Below, piece after piece: positions 39,048-49,286 of a stretch of 64,000 bases of DNA. The stretch's first letter is position 1, and each line of letters starts with the position of its first letter. Source of the DNA: an uncultured Pelagibacteraceae bacterium (GTDB lineage: Bacteria; Pseudomonadota; Alphaproteobacteria; Pelagibacterales; Pelagibacteraceae). The notes below the pieces were generated by a model that ran no database searches, was not told the origin of the DNA, and saw only the letters and a program-made list of their open reading frames with translations. The stretch covers positions 29,903-93,902 of the forward strand of contig CACJVT010000003.1 in NCBI GenBank assembly GCA_902596925.1. Reading direction: 5' to 3'. A program made the translations under genes and the position numbers.

Positions 39048-39873
39048 TTATATCAATTATCTTATTTAATTGATCAAGCTCTTTGTAATAAAATGATATT
39101 GTGCCTTTATTGTTTTTATTATTTTTAATAGAAACACTAAGCCCAATTTTTTCAGATATAGAATTTTCTAAATCTCGGATATTTGAGTCCACTCTAGTGG
39201 AGGTATTTCTTTTAGTTTTTCTAAATATTTTGACTAAATTTTCTGCTTGTCTAACAGATAATTTTTTTTCAATAAATTTATTTGCTAGAAATACAGCGTT
39301 ATCAAGCCCTACTAATATCTTTGCATGACCAGCAGTAATTTTTTTTTGTTCTACAAAATCAAGAACTTCTTTAGGTAAATTAAGTAATCTTAATGAGTTA
39401 GAAATATAGCTTCTGCTCTTACCTATAAATTTTGAGACTTTATCTTGATCATATGCAAATTCATCTATCAATCTTTTATAACCTTGTGCTTCCTCTAAGG
39501 GATTTAAATCATGCCTCTGAACATTTTCAACAATCGCAAATTCTAGAGATTTTAGATCATCAGCATCAGTTACAACTACTGGAATATCATGTAATCCAGC
39601 TTTTTGTGCGGCCAACCATCTTCTTTCTCCAGCTATAATTTCGTATTTAGAATTATCCGAATTAGATTTTCTAACTATAATTGGCTGAATAACACCACGT
39701 TCTTTTATTGAATTAACTAAATCATTTAAGTTTTCTTCATCAAAATTTTTTCTTGGTTGATATTTATTAGGAACGATGTCGGTTAAACTTAAGTTATTTG
39801 TTTTATTCTCAACCTTAGTTTCACCGATTAAGGATGATAATCCTCTACCAAGCCCTTTTTTTATTTTATTCAT
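39031..39873 (-). CDS. parB: Chromosome partitioning protein ParB
   Basis: KGLGRGLSSL, PNKYQPRK, IAGERRW, ENVQRHDLNPLEEA, HTH region. Confidence 0.98.
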   Translation of the reverse strand: MNKIKKGLGRGLSSLIGETKVENKTNNLSLTDIVPNKYQPRKNFDEENLNDLVNSIKERGVIQPIIVRKSNSDNSKYEIIAGERRWLAAQKAGLHDIPVVVTDADDLKSLEFAIVENVQRHDLNPLEEAQGYKRLIDEFAYDQDKVSKFIGKSRSYISNSLRLLNLPKEVLDFVEQKKITAGHAKILVGLDNAVFLANKFIEKKLSVRQAENLVKIFRKTKRNTSTRVDSNIRDLENSISEKIGLSVSIKNNKNNKGTISFYYKELDQLNKIIDIIKSGY

Positions 39874-40667
39874 TACGCTGCACTCCCAACTTTATTTTCT
39901 TGTGCCATAAACTCATCTGTAAAACTATAATAAGATTTACTCCCTGGACAATTCTTGTCATAAATCAATACTGGAATACCGTGAGATGGTGCTTCTGATA
40001 ATCTTACGTTTCGAGGTATTACTGTTTGATAAACTTTGTCTTTGAAATAGTCTCTCGCTTCTTGTTCAACCTGCGATGAAAGTTTGTTTCTTCGATCATA
40101 CATAGTTAAAAGTATGCCTTGAATCTCTAATTCAGGATTTAAGTTAGTTTTTATTCTCTCAATAGTCTTCATAAGTTGTGTAAGACCCTCTAAGGCAAAA
40201 AATTCTGTTTGTAGTGGCACAAGCAATGAATTAGATGATACTAAGGCCATTACTGTTAAAAGACTCAGAGAGGGGGGGCAGTCTATAAGAATATAATCAT
40301 ATAATCCTCCAGAATCATTTAAATACGCGGTTAATTTGCTCTTCAAGATAAAGGCTCTATCGCTGTCACCAGCCGTCTCAACCTCTAATCCGGATAAATC
40401 TACATTGGATGATATTAGATCAAGATTTTGAAAGTCTGTTTTTTTAATTACGTTTGAAATTGACATTGTACCATTAAGAATCCCATAAATTGTCTGATCA
40501 GATTGAGAGGTGTTGGATAATCCCAGTCCTGTAGTAGCATTCCCTTGAGGATCTAGATCTATTACTAGAATTTTTTTTCCAAGTTGAGACAACGCTGATG
40601 CTAAATTAATTACAGTTGTTGTTTTTCCAACTCCACCCTTTTGATTTATAATTGAAATTATTTTCAT
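39873..40667 (-). CDS. parA: Chromosome partitioning ATPase ParA
   Basis: NQKGGVGKTTT, IDLDPQGNAT, IDCPPSL, IPRNVRLSEAPSHG. Confidence 0.98.
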   Translation of the reverse strand: MKIISIINQKGGVGKTTTVINLASALSQLGKKILVIDLDPQGNATTGLGLSNTSQSDQTIYGILNGTMSISNVIKKTDFQNLDLISSNVDLSGLEVETAGDSDRAFILKSKLTAYLNDSGGLYDYILIDCPPSLSLLTVMALVSSNSLLVPLQTEFFALEGLTQLMKTIERIKTNLNPELEIQGILLTMYDRRNKLSSQVEQEARDYFKDKVYQTVIPRNVRLSEAPSHGIPVLIYDKNCPGSKSYYSFTDEFMAQENKVGSAA

Positions 40668-41311
40668 GAAATTTTTTTTTTAATTTTTTTGATGTTTAAT
40701 ATAAATGAGTCGTTGCTTGTTAAGCTTTTTTTTTCTTCATAATCTAAATCCCACTCTTGAAGTGTTTCATTAAAAATTTTTCTTCCACTACTCCCCATAA
40801 AAAAAATAATATTTTTATATTTTTTAAAATTTTCATTAACCAAGTTTAAGATCACAGGCATTGGCTTAAACGCCCTCGACATAATTGTTCCTGTTTCAAT
40901 ATTTTTAAGTGAAAAAATATCTTTCTGAATTATTTCTGTATTTAAATTTAATTTTTTTGAAACTTCTCTCAGGAAAACACATTTGTGGTAGCTTTTTTCA
41001 TAAAGATTAACTTTCATGTTATTTTTAATTTTTTTCATCACTATAGCCACTATTAATCCAGGCATTCCACCCCCGGTACCTAAATCAGAGGTTGTATTGC
41101 AATTTAAATCAACAAAATCAATAATTTGTGCAGAATCTATAATATGACGCTCTCTTATTGCCCTTTTTTCGTACATTTTTTTACTTATAATGTTAATTTT
41201 TTGATTTTTTTCCTGTATCATCGTAATTAAGCTCTCAAGCTCATTACAAGTTTCACGTGAAACATTCAAATTAGAGATTTTGGAATAAGAATTTAAAATT
41301 AAGTTATCCAT
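40664..41311 (-). CDS. rsmG: 16S rRNA G527 N7-methyltransferase (GidB)
   Basis: RHIIDSAQ, DLGTGGGMPG, SRAF. Lies between mnmG and parA. Confidence 0.93.
   Translation of the reverse strand: MDNLILNSYSKISNLNVSRETCNELESLITMIQEKNQKINIISKKMYEKRAIRERHIIDSAQIIDFVDLNCNTTSDLGTGGGMPGLIVAIVMKKIKNNMKVNLYEKSYHKCVFLREVSKKLNLNTEIIQKDIFSLKNIETGTIMSRAFKPMPVILNLVNENFKKYKNIIFFMGSSGRKIFNETLQEWDLDYEEKKSLTSNDSFILNIKKIKKKIS
41249..41264. promoter_or_regulatory. parS centromere site
   Basis: AGTTTCACGTGAAACA: perfect 14-bp core GTTTCACGTGAAAC of the canonical parS, inside rsmG (encodes VSRET) and about 600 bp from parA. Confidence 0.92.
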
Positions 41312-43183
41312 TAAGCTATATGCTTAATAGACTTTCTTTTGACGTGTGACAACAAAATATATACGGCTGCAGGAGTAATTCCATCGATTCTTAGAGCCTG
41401 ACCCATAGTTTTAGGCCTTATTTCTTTAAATTTGGCTTTTACCTCATTAGAGAGGCCAGAAAATTGATCATAATCAATATTATCTGGTATTGTTAAATTC
41501 TCATCTCGTTTAAAGGCTAAAATATCTGCCTTTTGTTTCTTTAAATATCCTCTATAATGAGAGTTAATCTCAATCTGCTCATCAATCTCATTCCCAAAAT
41601 CAGCAATTTCAGGCCAAATATTCCTAATTTTTCTCATATCAACACTTTTTTTGGGTAAGAATTTCCTCTGCTGATCTAAAAACACCGTCTTTGGCTATTT
41701 TTATTCCGAATTTATCTGCTTTGGAGGGTGAAATGTTTAAATTAGACATTTGAAGAGATATTTTGCTTAATTTATTAAATTTGTCCTCAAAGAGTTGTTT
41801 TCTATTTTCAGCTATTAGACCGATTTTAATTCCTTTATGAGTAAGCCTTAAGTCTGCATTATCTGATCTAAGACTTAATCTGTATTCTGCTCGAGATGTG
41901 AACATTCTATAAGGCTCAGCAACACCTTTGGTGACTAAGTCATCTATCATAACGCCAATGTATGCGTCTGATCTATCTAAAATAAAAGGTTCCATATTCT
42001 TTAAAGATAGGGCAGCATTAATTCCCGCTATAAGGCCTTGAGCAGCTGCTTCTTCATAACCTGTAGTTCCATTTATTTGACCAGCGAGATAAAGATTTTT
42101 TATTTTTTTTGTCTCCAATGTTAAAAAGAGCTCTCTGGGATCGATATAGTCATATTCAATAGCATATCCTGGTCTAATTACTTTTACATTCTCTAAACCA
42201 TTGATATTGTTGAGTATTTCATATTGCACAATCTCAGGTAGAGATGTAGATATGCCATTAGGGTAAATAGTATGATCATTTAGACCCTCGGGCTCTAGAA
42301 ATATTTGATGTCTAGTCTTATCAGCAAATTTTACTATTTTGTCCTCAATAGATGGACAATATCTAGGACCAACACCTTTTATGCTTCCGGAATACATTGC
42401 ACTTTTAGATAAATTCTTTTCTATTATTTTATGAACCTTTTCGTTTGTATAAGTCATCGAACAAGAAACCTGCTTGTTTAAATTTTTTTTGGTCAGAAAA
42501 GAAAAAAAATATGGATCTTCATCGGCAAACTGTTTTTCCAAATTTTCAAAATTAATTGTTCTAGAATCTAATCTAGGAGGTGTGCCTGTTTTTAATCTTC
42601 CAACTTTGAAATTATACTTTTCTAATTGTTCACTTAAGCCTGTACTCGGTTTTTCATTAAATCGTCCAGCAGGAGTTCTTTCATCACCTATATGTATCAA
42701 ACCATTCAAAAAAGTGCCTGTTGTTAAGATTAACTTGTTACAACTCACTTTGTTACCTTTAAGTGTTGTAAATCCACTTATTTGGTTATTTTCAAAAATA
42801 AACTTTATTACAGGATCAGAAAAAATACTTAAATTACAGTAGTTTACAAGTTTTTCTTGCATATATTTACGATATAATGATCTGTCAGATTGAGTTCGGG
42901 GTCCTCTAACTGCAGGTCCTCTGCTTCTATTTAATAATCTAAATTGTATTCCAGACTTGTCTGCTACCTCTCCCATAACACCATCTAAAGCATCAATTTC
43001 TCTAACTAGGTGACCTTTGCCTAAACCACCTATAGCTGGATTACATGACATTTCTCCAATTGTATTTTTGTTATGTGTAAACAAAGCGGTATTTACACCT
43101 AGCCTTGCTGAAGCTGCTGCAGCTTCACAACCAGCATGACCGCCGCCGATAACAACTACATCAAATTGGAAATCTTTTTTCAT
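41311..43183 (-). pseudogene. mnmG: tRNA uridine-5-carboxymethylaminomethyl synthesis enzyme MnmG (GidA), split by a 1-nt insertion (real frameshift or sequence error)
   Basis: The 514-aa ORF has [28 protein letters not shown]. The second ORF carries the GidA C-terminus (RPKTMGQALRIDGITPAA). Frames switch at an A7 run (41646-41652); removing one A gives ...LTQKSVDMRK... Confidence 0.9.
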
Positions 43184-43300
43184 GGGCTAAATTTATATTC
43201 GATTAGAATATTTACAAGATTTGTGTTTTTTTTCTTAAAAAAGTGTTGTTTATCAACGAAAATCAGTAAAAAACTTCAAAAAAAACCAGTAAAACCTTTG

Positions 43301-44632
43301 TTATTTTCCAATGCAAAAATCATTGAAAATGCTGCCTAATATCTCTTCTACATCGACTTTACCGACAATCATACCTAATTGTCTTGTAGCTAACCTTAGA
43401 TCCTCAGCAGCTTTATCAAAATCTTTTTTATCGTTTTTATCTGAAAAATTATTTAAGTGATCAACGCACTGTAGCAAATGTTGTCTGTGCCTTTCTCTTG
43501 TAATTAAGATATCTTCCTCTGATATAAATTTATTTTCTAAGTGGTTTTTTATTTTAGAAATCAATTTATCTATATTTAGATTCTCTTTTAGTGAAATTAA
43601 AACATGATTAAGTTTAGAAATTTCAGAATCTAATTTTTCTTTTAACAGATCGGATTTGTTAATAACTAGAATCGCATCTTTTTTTAATAAATCATTCAAA
43701 AAACCGCTTAGATCAATGTTTTTGGCATCAACTACCACTAACTTCAAATCAGCATTTTCTGCTTTTTTTAATGATAATTTAATCCCTTTTTTTTCTATTT
43801 CATCTTTTGAGTCTCTTATGCCTGCTGTATCCGAAATGATAACTGGGTACCCATCTATGTTTAAATGTGTTTCAACGACGTCTCTTGTCGTACCAGCAAT
43901 TTCAGAGACTATAGCAACTTCCCTGTTTGATAAATTATTTAATAGACTAGACTTACCAGCATTAGTTGGGCCTACAATTGCAATTTTAAAACCTTCACGA
44001 ATTATCTCTCCAACTTTTTGATCATTTAAAATTTTCTTAATATTATTCAAGACATCCGTGGAGTCCTCTTTTATTTTTTTTAGATTTTCATCAGGTAAAT
44101 CTTCCTCTGGAAAATCAATTTTGGCTTCAACAAAAGATAAAATTTTTAATAATTTCTCTCTTAATTGATCAAATTTTTCCGAAGATTTTCCACTCATAGT
44201 TTTTATTGCTTGAGATCTCTGAATTTCAGTTTCAGCAGATATTAAATCACCAATGCTCTCAGCTTTAAGCAAATTTATTTTTCCATTTTGAAAAGCCATC
44301 TTTGTAAACTCACCTGGTTCTGCAATTCGACAATTTTGTATGTTTGAAAGAGTAGTTAAAAGGGCTTCCACTACAGCTTTACCGCCATGAACATGGATTT
44401 CGGCCATATCTTCACCAGTGTAGCTTTCTGGCCCAGGAAACCATAAAATTAACCCTTCATCTATAAGCTCAGAAGTGTTGATATTGTTTATTTTTCTAAG
44501 GGTAGCTACTCTTGGGGCCGGTAACTCGAATTTAGTCAATAATTTTAGGATTTCTGATGAATCAGGACCTGAAATTCTTATAACAGCCACTCCAGAAATA
44601 CCAGGCCCACTAGATAAAGCATAAATTGTCAT
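43301..44632 (-). CDS. mnmE: tRNA modification GTPase MnmE (TrmE)
   Basis: TIYALSS, SYTGEDMAEIHVHGG, GPTNAGKSSL, GTTRD, DTAGIR, FCIGK C-terminus. Confidence 0.98.
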   Translation of the reverse strand: MTIYALSSGPGISGVAVIRISGPDSSEILKLLTKFELPAPRVATLRKINNINTSELIDEGLILWFPGPESYTGEDMAEIHVHGGKAVVEALLTTLSNIQNCRIAEPGEFTKMAFQNGKINLLKAESIGDLISAETEIQRSQAIKTMSGKSSEKFDQLREKLLKILSFVEAKIDFPEEDLPDENLKKIKEDSTDVLNNIKKILNDQKVGEIIREGFKIAIVGPTNAGKSSLLNNLSNREVAIVSEIAGTTRDVVETHLNIDGYPVIISDTAGIRDSKDEIEKKGIKLSLKKAENADLKLVVVDAKNIDLSGFLNDLLKKDAILVINKSDLLKEKLDSEISKLNHVLISLKENLNIDKLISKIKNHLENKFISEEDILITRERHRQHLLQCVDHLNNFSDKNDKKDFDKAAEDLRLATRQLGMIVGKVDVEEILGSIFNDFCIGK

Positions 44633-44670
44633 ATAATTTGGTTTTTTATTTTATATAATTATAAACTTTT

Positions 44671-45522
44671 ATGATTATTTGGGTAGCATCATATCCTAAA
44701 AGTGGAAACACTTGGGTTAGAACAATCATCTCGTCGCTTTTATATACTGATGATGGGTTATTTGATTTTTCAATCATTAAAAAAATTGAGCAATATCCTC
44801 AAACACGTTTTTTTAAGGGATTAACTAGTGAATACAACAATATCCATGAGATCAAAAAATATTGGATAACATCACAAGAAAAAATTAATATCGACAAAAA
44901 AATAAAATTTTTTAAAACACATCATTTAAATTGTAAAATTGATAGTCACTCCTTTACCAACAAAAATTGTACTTTAGCTACTATCTATATAGTAAGAGAT
45001 CCCAGAAATTTAATTGACTCAATTTCAAATCATTTTAGTAAATCAGCAGAAGAATCAAAAAAATTCATACTTACACCGAAGGTTCTATCACCAGGCAAAG
45101 AAGTTGAGTTAAAAGGTGGAAACGTGATTACATATATTGGATCATGGAAAGAACATTATCAATTTTGGACTAAAAATAACGAAAATTTATTGTTAATTAG
45201 ATATGAAGATTTGGTAAAAAATATAAATAAAGAGCTAAATAAAATTATTGAATTTTTAAAAAAATTTGTGGAGTTCGAAATATCAGATAAAAAAATAGAA
45301 AATATTATTAATACAACATCTTTTGAGTCATTAAAAAAAATTGAGGAAAATGGTATTTTTACTGAAAATGTTTTTGTTAAAGGGACTAATGATAATGTTA
45401 AATTTTTTAATAAAGGTCCAAAAAATATATGGCAAAATACATTACCTGAAAATATTAGGATCGAGCTTGAAGATAAACTTAAAAAAGAAATGATTGAACT
45501 TGGCTATATAGAAACTAACTAG
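44671..45522 (+). CDS. PAPS-dependent sulfotransferase-domain protein (paralog 2)
   Basis: [39 protein letters not shown]. Confidence 0.88.
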   Translation: MIIWVASYPKSGNTWVRTIISSLLYTDDGLFDFSIIKKIEQYPQTRFFKGLTSEYNNIHEIKKYWITSQEKINIDKKIKFFKTHHLNCKIDSHSFTNKNCTLATIYIVRDPRNLIDSISNHFSKSAEESKKFILTPKVLSPGKEVELKGGNVITYIGSWKEHYQFWTKNNENLLLIRYEDLVKNINKELNKIIEFLKKFVEFEISDKKIENIINTTSFESLKKIEENGIFTENVFVKGTNDNVKFFNKGPKNIWQNTLPENIRIELEDKLKKEMIELGYIETN

Positions 45523-46783
45523 GTTTATTCATTGAATTAAAAAATTCAGAATTATTTTTTGTATCTTTTAGTTTTGAGCTAATAAATTCAATAGCATCCA
45601 TTGTTCCCATTGGTGCGATAATTCTTCTAAGAACATTCATTTTCTGAAGATCATTTTTATCAAATAAAAGTTCTTCTCTCCTTGTCCCAGACTTTGTTAT
45701 ATCAATTGCAGGAAATATTCTTTTATCGGCTATTTTACGATCCAAAACAGTCTCACTATTTCCAGTGCCTTTAAATTCCTCAAAAATTACCTCATCCATT
45801 CTGCTTCCAGTGTCAATCAAAGCCGTAGATATAATAGTTAAAGATCCACCTTCTTCTATGTTTCTTGCAGCACCAAAAAACCTTTTGGGCCTTTGAAGAG
45901 CATTAGCATCTACACCACCAGTTAATACCTTTCCTGAGCTTGGTATAACGGCATTATAAGCTCGACCTAGTCTTGTTATTGAGTCTAGTAGTATCACCAC
46001 ATCCTTCTTATGTTCAGTAAGTCTTTTGGCCTTTTCTATTACCATTTCAGCTACTGCAACGTGTCTTTGTGCAGGCTCATCAAAAGTTGAACTAATAACC
46101 TCACCTTTGACGGTTCTTTGCATATCCGTTACTTCTTCTGGACGTTCATCAATCAATAATACTATCAGATAACACTCTGGATAATTTTTAGCAATTGAGT
46201 TTGCAATACTTTGTAAAATCATAGTCTTTCCTGCTTTAGGTGGAGAAATAATTATCGATCTTTGACCTTTTCCAATTGGGCTAACAAGATCTATCAATCT
46301 CGGTGTTAAATCTTGTTTTTTATCTGGCTTTGTGGCCTCAACTTCCATAACTAATTGTTTATCTGGATACAAAGGAGTTAGGTTATCAAACGCTATTTTG
46401 TGTCTAGATTTATCGGGTTCTTCAAAATTTATTTTACTGACTTGTAATAAAGCAAAATATCTTTCACCTTCTTTAGGAGCTCTTACAGGGCCCTCAACAG
46501 TATCTCCAGTTCTTAAACCGAATTTTCTTATTTGACTTGGACTGACGTAAATATCGTCAGGACCAGGAAGGTAGTTTGACTCCATCGCTCTTAAAAAACC
46601 AAATCCATCTTGAAGCAATTGTAAAACTCCTGCACCTGTAATTTCCTCTTTTTCAGCAACCTTTTTAAGAATTGCAAAGAGAATTTCCTGTTTTCTTAAT
46701 GTGCTGGCATTTTCAATACCAAGCTCCTCTGCTTGTGTAATAAGTTGTTCTGATGATTTAAGTTTTAATTCTTGTATGTTCAT
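45515..46783 (-). CDS. rho: Transcription termination factor Rho
   Basis: [42 protein letters not shown]. Confidence 0.99.
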   Translation of the reverse strand: MNIQELKLKSSEQLITQAEELGIENASTLRKQEILFAILKKVAEKEEITGAGVLQLLQDGFGFLRAMESNYLPGPDDIYVSPSQIRKFGLRTGDTVEGPVRAPKEGERYFALLQVSKINFEEPDKSRHKIAFDNLTPLYPDKQLVMEVEATKPDKKQDLTPRLIDLVSPIGKGQRSIIISPPKAGKTMILQSIANSIAKNYPECYLIVLLIDERPEEVTDMQRTVKGEVISSTFDEPAQRHVAVAEMVIEKAKRLTEHKKDVVILLDSITRLGRAYNAVIPSSGKVLTGGVDANALQRPKRFFGAARNIEEGGSLTIISTALIDTGSRMDEVIFEEFKGTGNSETVLDRKIADKRIFPAIDITKSGTRREELLFDKNDLQKMNVLRRIIAPMGTMDAIEFISSKLKDTKNNSEFFNSMNKPS

Positions 46784-46818
46784 GATTAGAGATTATTAAG
46801 GACTTAATAATTAAGGTA

Positions 46819-46846
46819 AATATATACGCTATTTGCAAATATTCAA
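46819..46846 (-). promoter_or_regulatory. Candidate sigma70 promoter of rho
   Basis: TTGAAT (46846-46841, overlapping the hemJ stop), 16-nt spacer, TATATT (46824-46819). Confidence 0.45.
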
Positions 46847-47283
46847 CCCCAGATAGGCTTAAAAACCACAACAAATATGATTAAAATAAGCAATAATGTG
46901 GGTATTTCATTTATAAATCGATAAAATTTATGTGAATGCGTATTAAGGTCAAATTTAAACTGTCCTAAAATACGACCAAGATAAAAATGATAAATTGTTA
47001 ATATAACCACAAATATCAATTTCAAAATCATCCAAGTTTCTCCAAGTTTTTCAAATCCTATCTCATGGATGAGTAGCAAGCCAAATAGCCAAGACAATAT
47101 CATTGCTGGCGTCATGATATAAAAAAATAGTTTTCTTTCCATAACCTTAAATACATCCGATATAATTGGCTGAGTATTGTTTTGAGAATGGTAAACGAAA
47201 ATTCTTGGAAGATATAACAATCCAGCCATCCAAGAAATAACGGATATCAAATGTAACGATTTAAAAAGCAAGTAAGTGTTCAT
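46843..47283 (-). CDS. hemJ: Protoporphyrinogen IX oxidase HemJ
   Basis: KSLHLISVISWMAGLLYLPRIFVYH, MERKL, NEIPT. Confidence 0.95.
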   Translation of the reverse strand: MNTYLLFKSLHLISVISWMAGLLYLPRIFVYHSQNNTQPIISDVFKVMERKLFFYIMTPAMILSWLFGLLLIHEIGFEKLGETWMILKLIFVVILTIYHFYLGRILGQFKFDLNTHSHKFYRFINEIPTLLLILIIFVVVFKPIWG

Positions 47284-47286
47284 TAA

Positions 47287-48285
47287 TTAGATGTTTTTTT
47301 TAATTAAAGATTTTAATAAAATTATGTGATCGTCATTATCATTCAAACACGGCACCATATCAAAGTTTTCTCCGCCAGATTCTAAAAAGCTCTCTTTTCC
47401 TTGAATTTGGATTTCTTCTAGAGTTTCGACACAGTCTGAAGAAAATCCAGGGCATATAGCTAAAACATTTTTTTTACCTTCCTTGGGTAAATTTTCTAAA
47501 GTTTTATCTGTGTAAGGTTGAAGCCATTTTTCAGGACCAAATCTAGATTGGAATGTCGTCTTAATTTCAATTGAAGTAAATTTTTCTGATATTAGTCTCG
47601 TGGTCTTGTGACAATAGCAATGATAAGGATCGCCTTTATCAAAATATTTTTGTGGTATTCCATGATAAGAAGCTAATATCAAATCTGGCTTCCAATTTAT
47701 TTCTTTAATCTTCTTATTCAAAGAATTTACAAGCGCTTCTATATATAAAGGATCCGACTCATAATGTGGCACTATTTTTAAAGATGGTTGCCATCTCATT
47801 TTCATAAGAGTTCTATATACTTCGTCACAGACAGTTGCAGTGGTCGCCGCTGCGTATTGAGGATAAAGAGGGAGAATTATTAAATTTTCACAACCCATTT
47901 CATGAAGAGTTGCAATTTTACTTCTTATGCTGGGGTTTCCATATCTCATAGCATAATCTATTATTAAGTTTTTTTCAGATATTAATTTTGAAAGTTTTTC
48001 TGCTTGCTTTTGTGTATAATGCAAAAGAGGAGAGATATTTTTGTCTTTCATCCAAATTTCTTTATAAGCCTTAGCTGTTTTAGATGGGCGAAAGGTTAAT
48101 ATAATGACATTTAATATAATTTGCCAAATTATTGGGTTAACTTCGATTACTCTCCTGTCTGATAAAAACTCTTTTAGATACTTTCTTATATCAAACCAAC
48201 CTGTTGAGTCAGGAGTTCCAAGATTAACAATTAAAACCCCTGTTTTTCCGAAATTAACTGGTGGGTGTTCTGTCTTTTTTTCCAT
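47287..48285 (-). CDS. hemH: Ferrochelatase
   Basis: NLGTPDS, FLSDRRV, MRYGNPS, PLYPQY, SYHGIP, QSRFGP..WLQP, DCVETLEEI. Confidence 0.98.
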   Translation of the reverse strand: MEKKTEHPPVNFGKTGVLIVNLGTPDSTGWFDIRKYLKEFLSDRRVIEVNPIIWQIILNVIILTFRPSKTAKAYKEIWMKDKNISPLLHYTQKQAEKLSKLISEKNLIIDYAMRYGNPSIRSKIATLHEMGCENLIILPLYPQYAAATTATVCDEVYRTLMKMRWQPSLKIVPHYESDPLYIEALVNSLNKKIKEINWKPDLILASYHGIPQKYFDKGDPYHCYCHKTTRLISEKFTSIEIKTTFQSRFGPEKWLQPYTDKTLENLPKEGKKNVLAICPGFSSDCVETLEEIQIQGKESFLESGGENFDMVPCLNDNDDHIILLKSLIKKNI

Positions 48286-49286
48286 TAATAATCTTTCACA
48301 GTTTTTACTAAATAATCCATCATATTAGGGTCCGTTTCTGGAAGAACGCCATGCCCTAAATTAAATATATATGGATGATCTTTAAATATATCTAAATATT
48401 TCGTTGTTTGTTTTTTTAAATTTTCTTTGTTAGAAAGCAAAACCTTTGGGTCCATTCCACCTTGAACAGGAATGTTTATTTCTTTATTAATTTTTACTGG
48501 ATCAACCTCATAATCAATGCAAATTGTGTCTGGTTTAATAATTTCACAATAATCTTTGTAATTTCTAATACCTCTTGGAAAGCAGATAACAGGCACATTT
48601 AAAGATTTAGTGTAATTAACCAAACTTAAAGTGGGGTCATAAATGTAATGAGGTAAATCTTTTTCTTTTAACAAACCAGCCCAACTATCAAAAATTTGAA
48701 TTACCTGAGCACCATTATCTACCTGATTTTTAATGTGTATTTTTAAAAATTTATCTAAAATCTTAAAAACTTTATCAATTAAATATTTGTCTTCAAAAAA
48801 ATTTTCATTCAAGCTTAATTTTGGAGATTTTTTATTTATCATATAAACTAATAAAGTCCACGGTGCCCCAACAAATCCTATAGTAGTTTTATTTTTAGTA
48901 AATTGAGAATTACTAACTAGATTAATTAATTCGTAAACAGGAGATAGTCTTTCTACAAATTCAACTTCTTTAATATTCGAAATTTCTTTTAAGTCTAAGT
49001 TACCAAGTAGTGGGCCTACATTTTTTTTAAATTCAACAATTTGATTTAAGCCATATGGTAACATTAAGATATCAGAAAAAATTATTGCTGCATCCAAATC
49101 AAATCTTCTCAAGGGTTGTAAAGTGATCTCACTTGATAATTTTTCGTTAAGACATAATTTTATAAAATCAGGATTTTGTTTTCTTATTTCTCTAAATTCT
49201 GGTAAATATCTACCAGCTTGTCTCATTATCCAAATAGGATTAATATCACTTTTCTTGTTTATTATTACTTCTTCGATTGGAGACAT
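48285..49286 (-). CDS. hemE: Uroporphyrinogen decarboxylase
   Basis: PIWIMRQAGRYLPEF, DAAIIFSDIL, GFVGAPWT, QIFDSWAG, FNLGHG. Confidence 0.98.
   Translation of the reverse strand: MSPIEEVIINKKSDINPIWIMRQAGRYLPEFREIRKQNPDFIKLCLNEKLSSEITLQPLRRFDLDAAIIFSDILMLPYGLNQIVEFKKNVGPLLGNLDLKEISNIKEVEFVERLSPVYELINLVSNSQFTKNKTTIGFVGAPWTLLVYMINKKSPKLSLNENFFEDKYLIDKVFKILDKFLKIHIKNQVDNGAQVIQIFDSWAGLLKEKDLPHYIYDPTLSLVNYTKSLNVPVICFPRGIRNYKDYCEIIKPDTICIDYEVDPVKINKEINIPVQGGMDPKVLLSNKENLKKQTTKYLDIFKDHPYIFNLGHGVLPETDPNMMDYLVKTVKDY

Noticed and set aside
41643-41652. Classic A-AAA-AAG -1 ribosomal frameshift heptamer in frame at the mnmG break
   Set aside because: A -1 shift gives AAA AAA GTG TTG ATA TGA, a stop after four codons. 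The conserved C-terminus is in the +1 frame, so dnaX/IS-type -1 recoding cannot explain the split.
43184-43300. 117-bp AT-rich gap before mnmG as an alternative oriC (gidA-adjacent origins are common)
   Set aside because: Only a weak DnaA-like TTATCAACG is present, whereas the hemE/DUF299 gap has perfect boxes and the lineage-typical position.
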